Below, piece after piece: positions 1-11,800 of a stretch of 64,000 nucleotides of DNA (position 1 is its first letter; each line of letters begins with the position of its first letter). The DNA is from Bispira polyomma (Eukaryota), in contig OZ287751.1 in NCBI GenBank assembly GCA_965649765.1, positions 67,518,001 through 67,582,000 on the forward strand, read 5' to 3'. Made by a program: the position numbers and the translations under genes. A model generated the notes under the pieces. The model worked only from the letters and a program-made list of their open reading frames with translations, was not told the DNA's origin and ran no database searches.

Positions 1-745
1 CTCCGTTTGATCCCCTGCAATGATTATTTCAAACTGTTTAAAATAATCGTGACATAGCTCTCCCTTTCTCGAGGACGTCTCCAATCGTCTGTATAAGTAG
101 CATTACATAGCAGTAAGTAGTGAGATCGTCTTCACTCATCTATATTCATTATGGAACGTTTCACTAGGTAGCAAAACGCAGCAAAACACAGCTGTAAGCA
201 GCATACAGTAGATATACATAGTGATATCGTACCAGTAAAGTGATCGATTTTCCCCCCGCTCCGTGTGTATAACTACCAACATCGCCACAAGAACGTCACA
301 ATCGACTGCACCTTTGTCAAAATGATGTCACTTTGACACAAAACTACCCCGTTTTTAGATATATTGCTTTGCTATGTTGTGGGACACTAGCACGTGTAGG
401 TGTGACTGGGCTATAACATTAATATTGCCACTATGTACTCAATCCTGCCCCCAAGTTGAATGGGTCAATTGCTTACAACCGAATCCACAAATGCCTTACA
501 TATTATTTCTAAGACTTTATTAGAATAAAAACATCATTCTAGGCCTGATATAAATATTTATGAATACTGTAGTCTATACATGTGTGAAACTTTGCCCTGT
601 TAATTTACATTACCCACTTTGCTTAATAATAGTGGCTAAAGAGTATAAAAATAACGAAGTGCAGTAGAAATTGTAACTCCCTTTTCATGAAGAAAGTAGG
701 ATTCCCTCTTAGTATTTTTAGATTATTTTCACACCATTATTATAT

Positions 746-840
746 CGTGGTAACAATATGATCTTGTGCTCACAACTTAATTATTTTTTGGGGGGACAAG
801 ATAATTAAATTGTAGGCACAAGATCATATTGTTACCACGA
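746..840. repeat. Short inverted repeat / MITE-like hairpin
   Basis: tcgtggtaacaatatgatcttgtgc ... gcacaagatcatattgttaccacga. Confidence 0.65.
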
Positions 841-2225
841 GATAAAGGGTGCTTAAAAATGTTTGTATGTCCTAAAAGGGACTCCATAAGAAAAGGGCAT
901 TAATAGTAACGATCAAATTCTCAGTGAACTTTTCAATCTAGTGATATTCTATTTGGCACCTAAAATTCATACAATTACTGTAAACACTCGTGTCTTTTCT
1001 TGGTTTCGCTTTCATACCTGCACACACTGTAAATGATTGTGGGGTTATAGACAGAATTCTACCAACAAATCAATGTGAAGGGATATGTATTGTATAAACA
1101 TTGCTGCTGTATAACCTGTGACAAAAGTGTTCGTCCTTTTAGACTGAAGTTGTTGGCGTGATTATATTAAGTATATGTTAGAGTCCACATTTTAGTGTTA
1201 AATCTTATGAAAACAGAGGAGAGTTTTTGAGGTCCCTATAACAGTTATACTTCTATATATATCTATCGCCAATATTTATATCACATATATTTTATAGTTT
1301 TTTTGAGTGTCATAGACAAGTATTCACTGTTTTGTTACTGCACTGAAAATGAAGGACACTTGTCAAGTACTCAAGTCCCGAGGTGTTATTTAATGGGCGA
1401 TATATTTGGAAAGAGAAAAAAAATCTCACTTCTGGAAAAAAAAAACCACTTAACTAAATTTATTGGTCTTTGGTAAATAATGCCAGTCACAGAAGATAAA
1501 TAATTATATTATGCAACATTAATTAAAAATAAAAACAAAAAAAAGAAGAGAATTTGTATTTAAAAAAAAACACTTTTAACACTTAACTGACCACCAATAT
1601 ACTGATCATCACTGAACTGACCACCACACCCAGCCAATATAGTGAAACTTAATTCCAGTGAATGTTTGATGCAATTGGAAATATATGAAGATCAATGACT
1701 AGATTCATTGATCCCTGAGCAAGACATGAGCAAGCCAGAACATAATAAAACCATTAGATATAATAAAGCCTCATGATAACGTATATGTTATATATTGATC
1801 CAATTACACAGACATACATAAGAGCTGACATTATATACTATATATATATGTGGACACATACATGTACCACCACCACCACAGGTAGAGAAGTCTTCATAAA
1901 TAAAAGGTGTCTCCTTTCGTTTCTATGTATTATTCTGGTATTGATCTAATCATATTGGGGCCCTCAAGTCTAAATCGAAACCAGATGCACTTATGGATAA
2001 TATATCAGAAAGAACTATTTTCGGACCAGTATTTTCGATTGAATAAAAACACAATTAATGATTGAAACAGTTATTAATTGGATTACATAGGGAAGTGCTG
2101 GTTAAAATATAATACATGAGGTAAGTGTAAATTTGTTTTATTTAAATGGCTACATTGCTACATATAGGAGTTGGAGTGACTGTTAAACTGGCTAATAATA
2201 TGTGAACGTTTCATGCTTGAGTGAA

Positions 2226-2476
2226 TTTGAATTTGGATATTTAACGTCCACTCTAGTACCTTTTAGTAGGTTATATTGGGACGGGTAGTTGGAAACGCTG
2301 GAGGAAACACTGCATACAGTCGGTCCAGGTTCTGCAGAGAAACCAGCGGCCCACAGTAAGGAACTACCACCTTTCCCACATAGGCATCGACAGGATTCGA
2401 ACTCGCGCCACCCAGAGGTGAGAGACCAGTGATTGTGAAGCGCCATGCTTGCTAACCACTAGGCCACCGCGGCCCC
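2226..2476 (-). mobile_element. Full-length tRNA-derived SINE with 12-bp TSD
   Basis: Minus strand starts GGGGCCGCGGTGGCCTAGTGG (A box), has GTTCGAATCC (B box) and a CAAATT tail. TSD TGCTTGAGTGAA / TGCTTCAGTGAA; the paralogous site (~35290) is empty. Confidence 0.85.
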
Positions 2477-2589
2477 TGCTTCAGTGAAGTTTAATATTTG
2501 TAACATAAGGTTAATGTGATATATATATATATAGTTTATTTTGTTACAGGTTATGCGATATATGGAAGCGTTCATCAAATGAATACGGC

Positions 2590-3070
2590 CCTAGATGAGC
2601 TATAGCCCAACTTAGGATTATACGTTTGCCAGCCTATCTTAAGATGGACCAGCAGCCCATCTTACTAGCTAATCTTAAGATCGGCCAAGAAAACTAGCAA
2701 AACTTGAGATTGGATTAAGATTGAGAGCTAGCCCAACTTGAGATTTATTACGCAGGAACATAACATATAAAAATAGTTTTTAACTTTACAAGTATCCATC
2801 TTGACTTGTAGAGTATGACACTGTAGGGTTTGATTTATATACACAGCATGAAGTCATAATCACCAGTTACAATTCAATTTCTTTATTGGACTTTACCACA
2901 ATGCATAGATTGAATAATCTATCTCTATTCAGTGAGATTCCTTGCTGATATGTTGACGGACTCACAAAAATGGACAGAACAGATTGGCAAGTAAGATGAG
3001 CTGGTGGTCCATCTTAAGATAGGCTGGCAAACTTATAATCCTAAGTTGGGCTATAGCTCATCTTAAGGCT
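2590..3070. mobile_element. MITE-like long inverted repeat
   Basis: gatgagctatagcccaacttaggattata...ccagcagcccatcttact (2596-2667) is inverted at 2990-3063. Confidence 0.65.
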
Positions 3071-3639
3071 GGCCAAATTGTAAGTTGGGCTACAACATTT
3101 ACAATGACAACAATAAATCAGCCATTAAATACAATATGCCATGTATAAATAAATAGTAGAATTATTAAGAATAGATGTGCTTTTTTCCATTTTTGCCTCT
3201 TTTCCCTCACATTTATGTACATACAATATTACGTATATTACTGAATTGGCAATATTGTCCCATATTTGGCATAACATATAAAATGCAAGCAGTGAAAAGT
3301 TCACACTGTCACTTGGCCATAAATAGGATCAGAGTTTGATCGCTGTGTTTAGCCCATTGACAGAAGTAAAAATAAACATATTAAATATTTCTATACATAC
3401 AATGGCCATAATATTTGGTGGAATGATAAATAAATGCCATACCTATTAGTTGAACCACTAACATTTAAAAAATGTTGAGAACTGGTGAAGTTATATAGGT
3501 TCAAAGTCCAAAATATGCCTAAATTAGGATCATCATTTGATAAACGCTTCTAATTGTTACATTATTCTATTATTATATATTAAATCAAATGCTTCATATG
3601 ATTCATTATAAAAAACTGTCATGTTTAATAAATCCTTTA

Positions 3640-6535
3640 CCACTGTATTGACCACCAATATTCTAACCACCACTGTACTGACTACTGATATACTGACCAC
3701 CACTATACTGACCACCACTATACTGACAACTGTAATGACCACCACTATACTGACCATCAATAGACTGACCACCACTGTTCTAACCAGCTATATACATATC
3801 ACCACTGTACCGGCCACCAATATACTGACCACCAATGTTCTGGTTTACACTATACAGGCCACCACTGTACAGGCCACCACTATACTGGTCACCACTGTAC
3901 AGGCCACCAATATACTGACCACCAATGTTCTGGTTTACACTATACAGGCCACCACTGTACACGCCACCACTATACTGGTCACCACTGTACAGGCCACCAA
4001 TATACTGACCACCAATGTTCTGGTTTACACTATACAGGCCACCACTATACAGGCCACCACTATACTGACCACCAATGTTCTGGTTTACACTATACAGGCC
4101 ACCACTATACAGGCCACCAATATAGAGGCCACCCCTGTACAGGCCACCAATATACTGACCACCACTGTACTGACCACCACTGTACTGACCACCACTGTAC
4201 AGGCCACCAATATACTGACCACCAATATACTGATATACACTATACAGGCCACCACTATACAGGCCACCAATATGTTGGATACCACTGTACAGGCCACCAC
4301 TATACAAGCCACCAATATACTGGACACCACTGTACAGGCCACCAATATACTGACCACCACTGTACTGACCACCAATATACTGATATACACTATACAGGCC
4401 ACCACTATATAGGCCACCAATATACTGACCACCACTGTACAGGCCACCAATATACTGACCACCACTATACAGGCCACCAATATACTGACCACCACTACAC
4501 AGGCCACCAATATACTGACCACCACTTTACAGGCCACCAATATATACTAACCGCCACAATACAGGCCACTAATATACTGACCACTATACTGACCACCAAT
4601 ACACTGACCACCACTATACAGGCCACCACTATACTGACCACCACTGTACTGACCACCAATACACTGACCACCACTACACAGACCACCACTATACTGACCA
4701 CCACTATACAGACCACCAATATACTGACCACCACTATACAGACCACCAATATACTGACCACCACTATACTGACCACCAATACACTGACCACCACTATACA
4801 GGCCACCACTATACTGACCACCACTGTACTGACCACCAATACACTGACCACCACTACACAGACCACCACTATACTGACCACCACTATACAGACCACCAAT
4901 ATACTGACCACCACTATACAGACCACCAATATACAGACCACCACTATACAGGCCACCACTATACTGACCATTAGTATACCGACCATCAATATACTGACCA
5001 CCACTATATAACCTACTACCAACCAATATAACGACCACCCTTTTTAAATAATTTTTTGATTATATTAAATTCTAAGGCGTTACTGACATACACTATACTG
5101 ACCATCACTATACAGGCCACCAATATACTGACCACCACTGTACTGACCACCACTGTACTGACTACCACTGTACTGACCACCACTATACAGGCCACCACTA
5201 TAATGACCACCACTATATAGGCGACCAATATACTGACCACCACTATAATGACCACCACTATACTGACCACCAATACACTGACCACCACTATACAGGCCAC
5301 CACTATACTGACCACCACTATAATGACCACCACTATACAGGCGACCAATATACTGACCACCACTGTACTGACCACCAATATACTGACTATCACTGTACAG
5401 ACCCCCACAATACTGACCACCACTATACAGGCCACCAATATCCTGACCACTACTTTTCCAGGCCACCACTACACTGACCATTACTACACTGACCATTAAT
5501 ATACTGACCACCACTATATAACCTACTACTAACCAATATAACGACCACCCTTTTAAAATCATTTTTTGATTATATTAAATTCTAAGTCGTTACTGACATA
5601 CACTATAACTGACCACCACTATACAGGCCATTACTATACAAGCCACCATACAGGCCACCACTGTACAAGCCACCACTGTACTGACTACCACTGTACTGAC
5701 CACCACTATACTGACCACTAATATACTGCCACCACTGTACTGACCACCACTATACTGACCACTAATATACTGCCACCATTGTACTGACCACCACTATACA
5801 GACAACTACTGTACTGACCACCTCTGTACTGACCACCACTATACAGGCCACCACTGTAATAACAACCAATATACAGGCCACCACTATACAGGCCACCACT
5901 ATACTGACGGCCGCTATACTGACCACCAATATACAGACCACCAATATACAGACCACCACTATACAGACCACCAATATACTAACCACCAATATACTGACTA
6001 CCACTGTACTGACCACCAATATACTGACCACCAATATACTGACCACTTATATACTGACCACCAATATACTGACCACCACTGTACTGACCACCAGTATACT
6101 GACCACCACTGTACTGACCACCACTGTACTGACCACCACTGTACAGGCCACCACTGTACTAACCAACACTATACTGAGCACCACTATACAGGCCATCACT
6201 ATACTGACCACCACTATTCTGACCACCACTGTACAGGCCACCACTATACTGACCACCACTATAATGATCACCACTATACAGGCGACCAATATACTGACCA
6301 CCACTGTACTGACCACCAATATACTGCCTACCACTGTACAGACCCCGACAATACTGACCACCACTATATAGGCCACCAATATCCTGACCACCACTATACA
6401 GGCCACCACTGTACTGACCATTGCTACACTGACCATTAATATACTGACCACCACTATATAACCTACTACTAACCAATATAACGACGACCTTTTTTAACTC
6501 ATTTTTTGATTATATTAAATTCTAAGTCGTTACTA
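3640..6535. repeat. 15-bp minisatellite (ACCACCACTATACTG and variants) with higher-order structure
   Basis: Direct reading; three copies of a non-repeat spacer at ~5012, ~5521 and ~6461. Confidence 0.97.
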
Positions 6536-7084
6536 ATCTATACAAAGATCATTATCTGGGTATTTGTTATAGTTCTGGGTATCTGGGTACATGTTATAGA
6601 TGTTATCCCCAGGGGCAACTAAGGCTTTATAAAGTGGAAGTTAAACCATGGACCCTCCTATAACTAGGTCAACTCTCTAACCACTAGAACCACAGAAGAA
6701 CACTTTGGGGAGTGAATGGTCTTCATATTATACTTCAGTGACTTGGAAAATTCTCCAGGTTCACTGTGACACAAGCTTAACTCTAGGGTCTCCCTATCTT
6801 TCAGTGGAATGACTGAATATGACTGTATATTTAAATTCAGCACTAAAAGCTCTATCACAAAATGAATGATCAAAACTACATGTTATTTCCTTGTACAAGA
6901 GTTACACATAGCCTTCACTTAAGTTGAGACTCAGTTTTTGAGGTTGAGTTTTTTCTTTGGAGAAAATACTTGTTCTATACAGTGGAACCTCTTTGATGCA
7001 AACATGTTGGGAAAACAAGATCTTGTTCAGATACTAGAAAGTTTATCAAATAGAAGAAGTATATTCAGTATGAATAATCACATT

Positions 7085-7265
7085 GATTAATTGTTTGATT
7101 GGGGTTTAATGCTGCTTTCAAAACATTGTATTGGTCATTTGGCGATAGGCAGTTTTTGCTAAATTGGAGGAAAGCAGTGCATACTAGTTGGTCAAGTAAC
7201 TGACAACTTTCCTACATAAAGGAACGGTTGCGATTAGAACCCAAAACCTCAGATGTGGGTTGTGA
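7085..7265 (-). mobile_element. Degenerate SINE fragment (paralog at ~37116-37290)
   Basis: (GATT)n tail and similarity to the SINE body (aactttcc...cctcaga.gtg). Confidence 0.5.
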
Positions 7266-7307
7266 GTGTGTGTTAAATAATAAGAAAACATAAACATTAG
7301 GAGAGTG

Positions 7308-8353
7308 CAGTGTGTGAACTTCGCGGAAAAAGTGTGGTGGCCCTTTGGGCCACCAGATTTTATAGCTTGGTGGCCCGGATTAGAATAAGGTGGCCCAATA
7401 CTTGGTAATGAAAAATTAAGAAATTAAGCTATAAAATGTTTTTTTAGAATTTAATAAAAAATATATTGTGTAATTTCAAAAAAATTGGCTAAAAATTTAT
7501 CAGCCCCTTGGCAAAAGGGGTTGAGTCGACTGTGAAACACTGAATTCGAAATTTTGAAATTAAGCAAGCCCAGTCATTTAACCCCAAAGTGAGGGCCACA
7601 GGATGGGCTGAAAACACATTTATTTATTTATATACATTGTATATTTATTTTGAATGAAGGGGCCAGAGGGGTCGTGTTGACTGTGAAACACTGAATTTGC
7701 ACTGAATTCGAAATTTAAAAAATAAGCAAGCCTAATTATTTATTCTCAAAGAGGGGCCACAAGATGGGCCGAAAATATATTTATTTATATATTTATTTCA
7801 GTTAAGGGGGCGAGAGGGGTCGAGTTGACTGTAAAACTCTGAATTTGGACTGAATTCGAAATATAAAATTAAACCAAGTCGAGTTATTTTATCCTAAAGA
7901 AAGGGTCACAAGATGGGGTAAAAATTCGAAAAATTAAAGCACTAGCAAAGACCAAGCCAGTCAGTTAGCGGTGAGAGCACTGGACGATAATAGATGTAGT
8001 TAGTAAAATATGTGTAAAATTTGCTTTTAATTAGAAAGTATAAAGATCACATACAAAACTACTTACAAATATATAAAATCTTCAATTTTATTTAACAATA
8101 AGAGGGGTTCTCATCCATATCCTTACTTTTCAATAAAATAAAAAAAATTCACGGTAAAGTTTGTCTGCGCATGCGTGCCGAAGAAAAATGGAACAGTCTG
8201 GTACCCAAATTATACTGTTAGCCTGTGTAGCAAAAAAAAATCGAAGCCCCGGAAACAAAGTGGCCAAAAGGGTCACCGGAATTTAAAAGGAAGTGGCCCT
8301 TCCCATAAAGTGGTGGCCCTGGGCCACAGGGTCACCGGCAATTTCGCACACTG
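7308..8353. mobile_element. Non-autonomous hAT-type DNA transposon with 8-bp TSD and internal ~150-bp repeats
   Basis: TIR CAGTGTGTGAA...TTCGCACACTG; TSD GGAGAGTG at 7300-7307 and 8354-8361; single GGAGAGTG at the copy B site (~37323). Confidence 0.85.
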
Positions 8354-8437
8354 GGAGAGTGGGAAATGTGTTCATAAATTCGAATATTCAGATAAAAGAA
8401 GTTTGGATAATATGGGTTCCTACTGTATTTACAGACC

Positions 8438-8881
8438 ATGGGAGCAGATGTAACCAAGGTTGGGGACTATTCGGTGGAGAAAGAAGATCGCCAGAAACCC
8501 TTAGGTAAAGGCACCTTTGGGGCCGTGTACAAGGGCAAGCATATCAAGAAGGGATTCCTCGTAGCCATAAAACAGTGCATTGTACACAGTGACGGGCACG
8601 GCTCTATGGCCATGAAAGAAATTAAGAACTTCCAGAAGATCCCCCACCACAAACACATTGTCCGTATGTATGATTACGACTACCTAGAAAAGTCCTTTTG
8701 GATCGTGATGGAATACTGCGACCGTGGAGATTTAGACGGATACATGAAGAAATACGTGCCCAATCTGGACAGGCAGCTGAAGATCATGTATCAGTGTGCA
8801 TGTGCCGTGAGCCATCTCCATAGCCAAGAGGAACCCATTGTCCACCGGGACATCAAGCCACAGAACATTCTGTTTAAAAAG
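8438..8881 (+). CDS. Copy A exon 1: kinase subdomains I-VIb
   Basis: Acceptor tttacag then ACCATGG; motifs GKGTFG, VAIK, KEI, MEYC, HRDIKPQN; donor AAG|gtcagt. Confidence 0.95.
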
Positions 8882-11800
8882 GTCAGTCTTTGTACCCATT
8901 TATTTAAATGTTACATTTATACATCTTCTATTTGTAAATAATGTATTTTGCATTTCAAAACATGCCTTTTTCATGAGAGACATCTTCTCAAGTGCAACAA
9001 TAGTATTCGGTATCCTTTTGAAAACCAGAATAACCATATAGATATATTAAAAATTAATATTATTTTTTTCCCATTTTGTCCAAAACATATTCGCTTCTTC
9101 TTCTCAACATTACATAGGAGGACGGTAAGGAAGTGGTGAAGATAGCCGACTTTGGTTTGACCCGAGCGATGGAGAAAGGCACCCATAAAGGAGCAGTGGG
9201 GATGAAGACACAGGCAGGAACAGTCGCTTTTATGGCCCCGGAGATACTTGCTGGAGCGACCTACGACCAAAGTGTAGACACATTTGCGATGGGACTTCTT
9301 TTCCTGGCAATGATCAATTTTAAAGCCACTGATGAATATATGTTTCCGCTTGCAGGTATAGTTGGGTATTTGGTACTGACTAAAACATCAGATTAATCTA
9401 ATATCTAACTGCTACTGTGGCCTAGGAGGTTGAACACAATTGTGTAGGAACACACATTATCCTGGGCTTGATCCCAGTCTGGGGCAACCAGGTACAGGCA
9501 GAAAGATAGAGGTTTAGATGATCACGTAATATAGCAGTCCTATGTCATTGGGTCCTGTCTCCAATAGCAAGCTAAAGAACCTTGGGGACACTGGTAAATG
9601 GTCACTCCAAAGGGTCTGTCATAAGTAAGGGAAATGACAGTTAATTGATGCTGGTTGGCTGTTGGCAGTCAATAAATGGGTTAATGAGCTCTTTGAATAC
9701 CAGATACAGGTAGATAAATGTGAGTATAAATTTGAATACAGATTAGTATCTATGATATATTAAGTACCTTCTATAAAAAAAAACCAGCTTCACTTTTAAT
9801 GGACTTTCTCATATTATACACCCAATCTTGTTATATGTGTACAAGTTATCTGTTTGACAAAGCTTCTCCACCTTAGTGTTTTTCTGGTTTGAACTGTGGT
9901 AATATGGTTTCTGATTTCGGTCGTGCAAATTAGAATCCACCAGTACAAAATTAAAATAGGCATTTGGTTGCTGATTGATTGATTAGTTTGTTTAAATGAT
10001 TAGTTTGTTTAAATGTAACAAAAATCACCATCTACAATATCTGCTACAGTAACGCATAACAGGCAAAGTCAAAATTTATGTCTTCAGCACAACTATCATT
10101 ACAATTGTCATGTTTATGATGTATCAGCTGTCTGCCTTTTCACATGTGTGCTTGTTGCAGTTGCAAACAGTTATTATGTATTATTGTATCAATTGTATAA
10201 AAGCTGTATTTTTTTTTTTTTTTTTTGGAATTGGGATATTTAACATCAACTTTAGTACCTGTTTAGGTTATATTGGGACGGGTGGTTGGAAACGCTGGAG
10301 CAAACAATGCATACAGTTGATTAAGGTTCTGCACTAAAACCAGCGGCCCACAGTAAGGAACTACCACCTTTCCCACATAGGCATTGACGGGAGTCCAAGC
10401 CACGCCAGCCAATCCCAGAGGTGAGAGACCAGTGTTGTAAAGCACAATGCTTGCTAACAACTAGGCCACCGCTGCCCCCTATAACTACTTTACAACCAGT
10501 GCTAGAATATGTGATATTGCACTAACTCAGTTAAGTTTTTGGAGTTTAACTTGTTTCATATTACTACGCTTGTTTCAAGCCTCAACAGCTAGTTCATTGG
10601 TGGAAGAAATATGATCGGTTAGCTTTGCTTGTTGTTTTCCATTGGTTCCTTTCTGGTGTATTTTTTCAGCCAGTTCCATGGAAAAAGAAGATTTATCCTG
10701 TGTTGGACAAGACATGCTGCAAGCAGCGCTTGGGAAGGAACCATCACCTACCATTGTGAAACTTATTGCAACAGACTCAGTGAAAATGAAGGGCATTAAG
10801 AAATTGATCAGAGACATCGTGAAATATGAACCCGATGAGAGAATAGGCATGACAGAAGTTGTTGAGAGACTGCGGAATATTGCAGATGGTTTGTAATAAA
10901 ATGGTTTTCATCAGTATTCTAATGTAACTAAAAATGTCTATAGCACTAAAATGAATGTCCAGGCATCCTCTAAAGCACATCATCCATAGAGTTAACCAAC
11001 AGCATAGTGTAGTATATAATGGGATACGTAAGGAAAGTGTGAAGACATTACAGATATAGTAAATGATTGTATTGGATTATATATATATTTAATGTGCTTT
11101 ATATTAATGCGAGTTTCAAAGCGCAACAGCCGAATCAATCATGTTTCCTACAACATAGACTAGTTTGGCATCAGTAGGCAATGGCATGTTCACATCTTGC
11201 CCAAACACAGACAAAAAATTTGGCAGAAAAAGTTTCATTCAAAGGTTTACAAAATAAGCTAAAAAGTAAATCTACTGAAAGTGATGAAGATATATATTGT
11301 AGAGCCCCTACTCTCTGAATTTGTGTTGCCTGAATATACCTTTTATACAAAGTTCATATCCAGTAACTATATTTGTAACTTCTTTTTTGTACTATTTTAA
11401 ATCTATAGAGTATTTTTGGTGTCTATTATTCGAATAAAAACCTTGTTCTCCCTACATCTTCGGACATGTTACAATAACAGCAATTCAGATGTAAGTAGTT
11501 TGACATAGCCTAGTGGTTCGGGAGTTGGTCTGAAAATCAAATTATCCCAGGTTTAACCACCAGTTGGCGACTTTGTTTGGTAATCCTAAGTTACACGGTT
11601 TGACTCCTAGTAACACCATAATGGTTTAATAGAATAATAGAGAGCTAATTTACATATTTTTTCAATCTATTAATTAACTAAAACTATTGACATATTTGCA
11701 TGAAGACCTATATGATTGGTTTGCATAGTGTAAGCTGAATGCTCGCGTATTCCAAGGTTTTGCAGATTAAATGTATGTATTTTGTATATATGTTATAAAC

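Noticed and set aside
2390-2476. tRNA gene
   Set aside because: The A/B boxes belong to a SINE head attached to a repeated body, tail and TSD.
1870-2555. Conserved GT/AG-like sites upstream (e.g. GAG|gtaagt at 2120, ttacag at 2549) as 5' UTR exons
   Set aside because: A 5' non-coding exon probably exists, given the acceptor before the ATG, but its position cannot be fixed from sequence alone.
3557-6476. Thr-rich mucin-like (+) and Val-rich or YSGGQ glycine-rich (-) ORFs, also at 35502-36700
   Set aside because: They are translations of a 15-bp satellite. They are open in several frames on both strands, broken by frameshifts, lack a signal peptide, and the frame is not conserved between paralogs.
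8882-8941. ORF-track extensions past exon ends (e.g. VSLCTHLF..., IVGYLVL..., VFVG...)
   Set aside because: Read-through into introns after clear GT donors. The kinase continues in the next exon.
8438-10896. Assigning ULK1/ATG1 or PDIK1L/STK35 as gene symbol
   Set aside because: The kinase has features of both (VGDY..LG.G.F..VYKG.H; DTFAMG..AM), but orthology cannot be set without a phylogeny.
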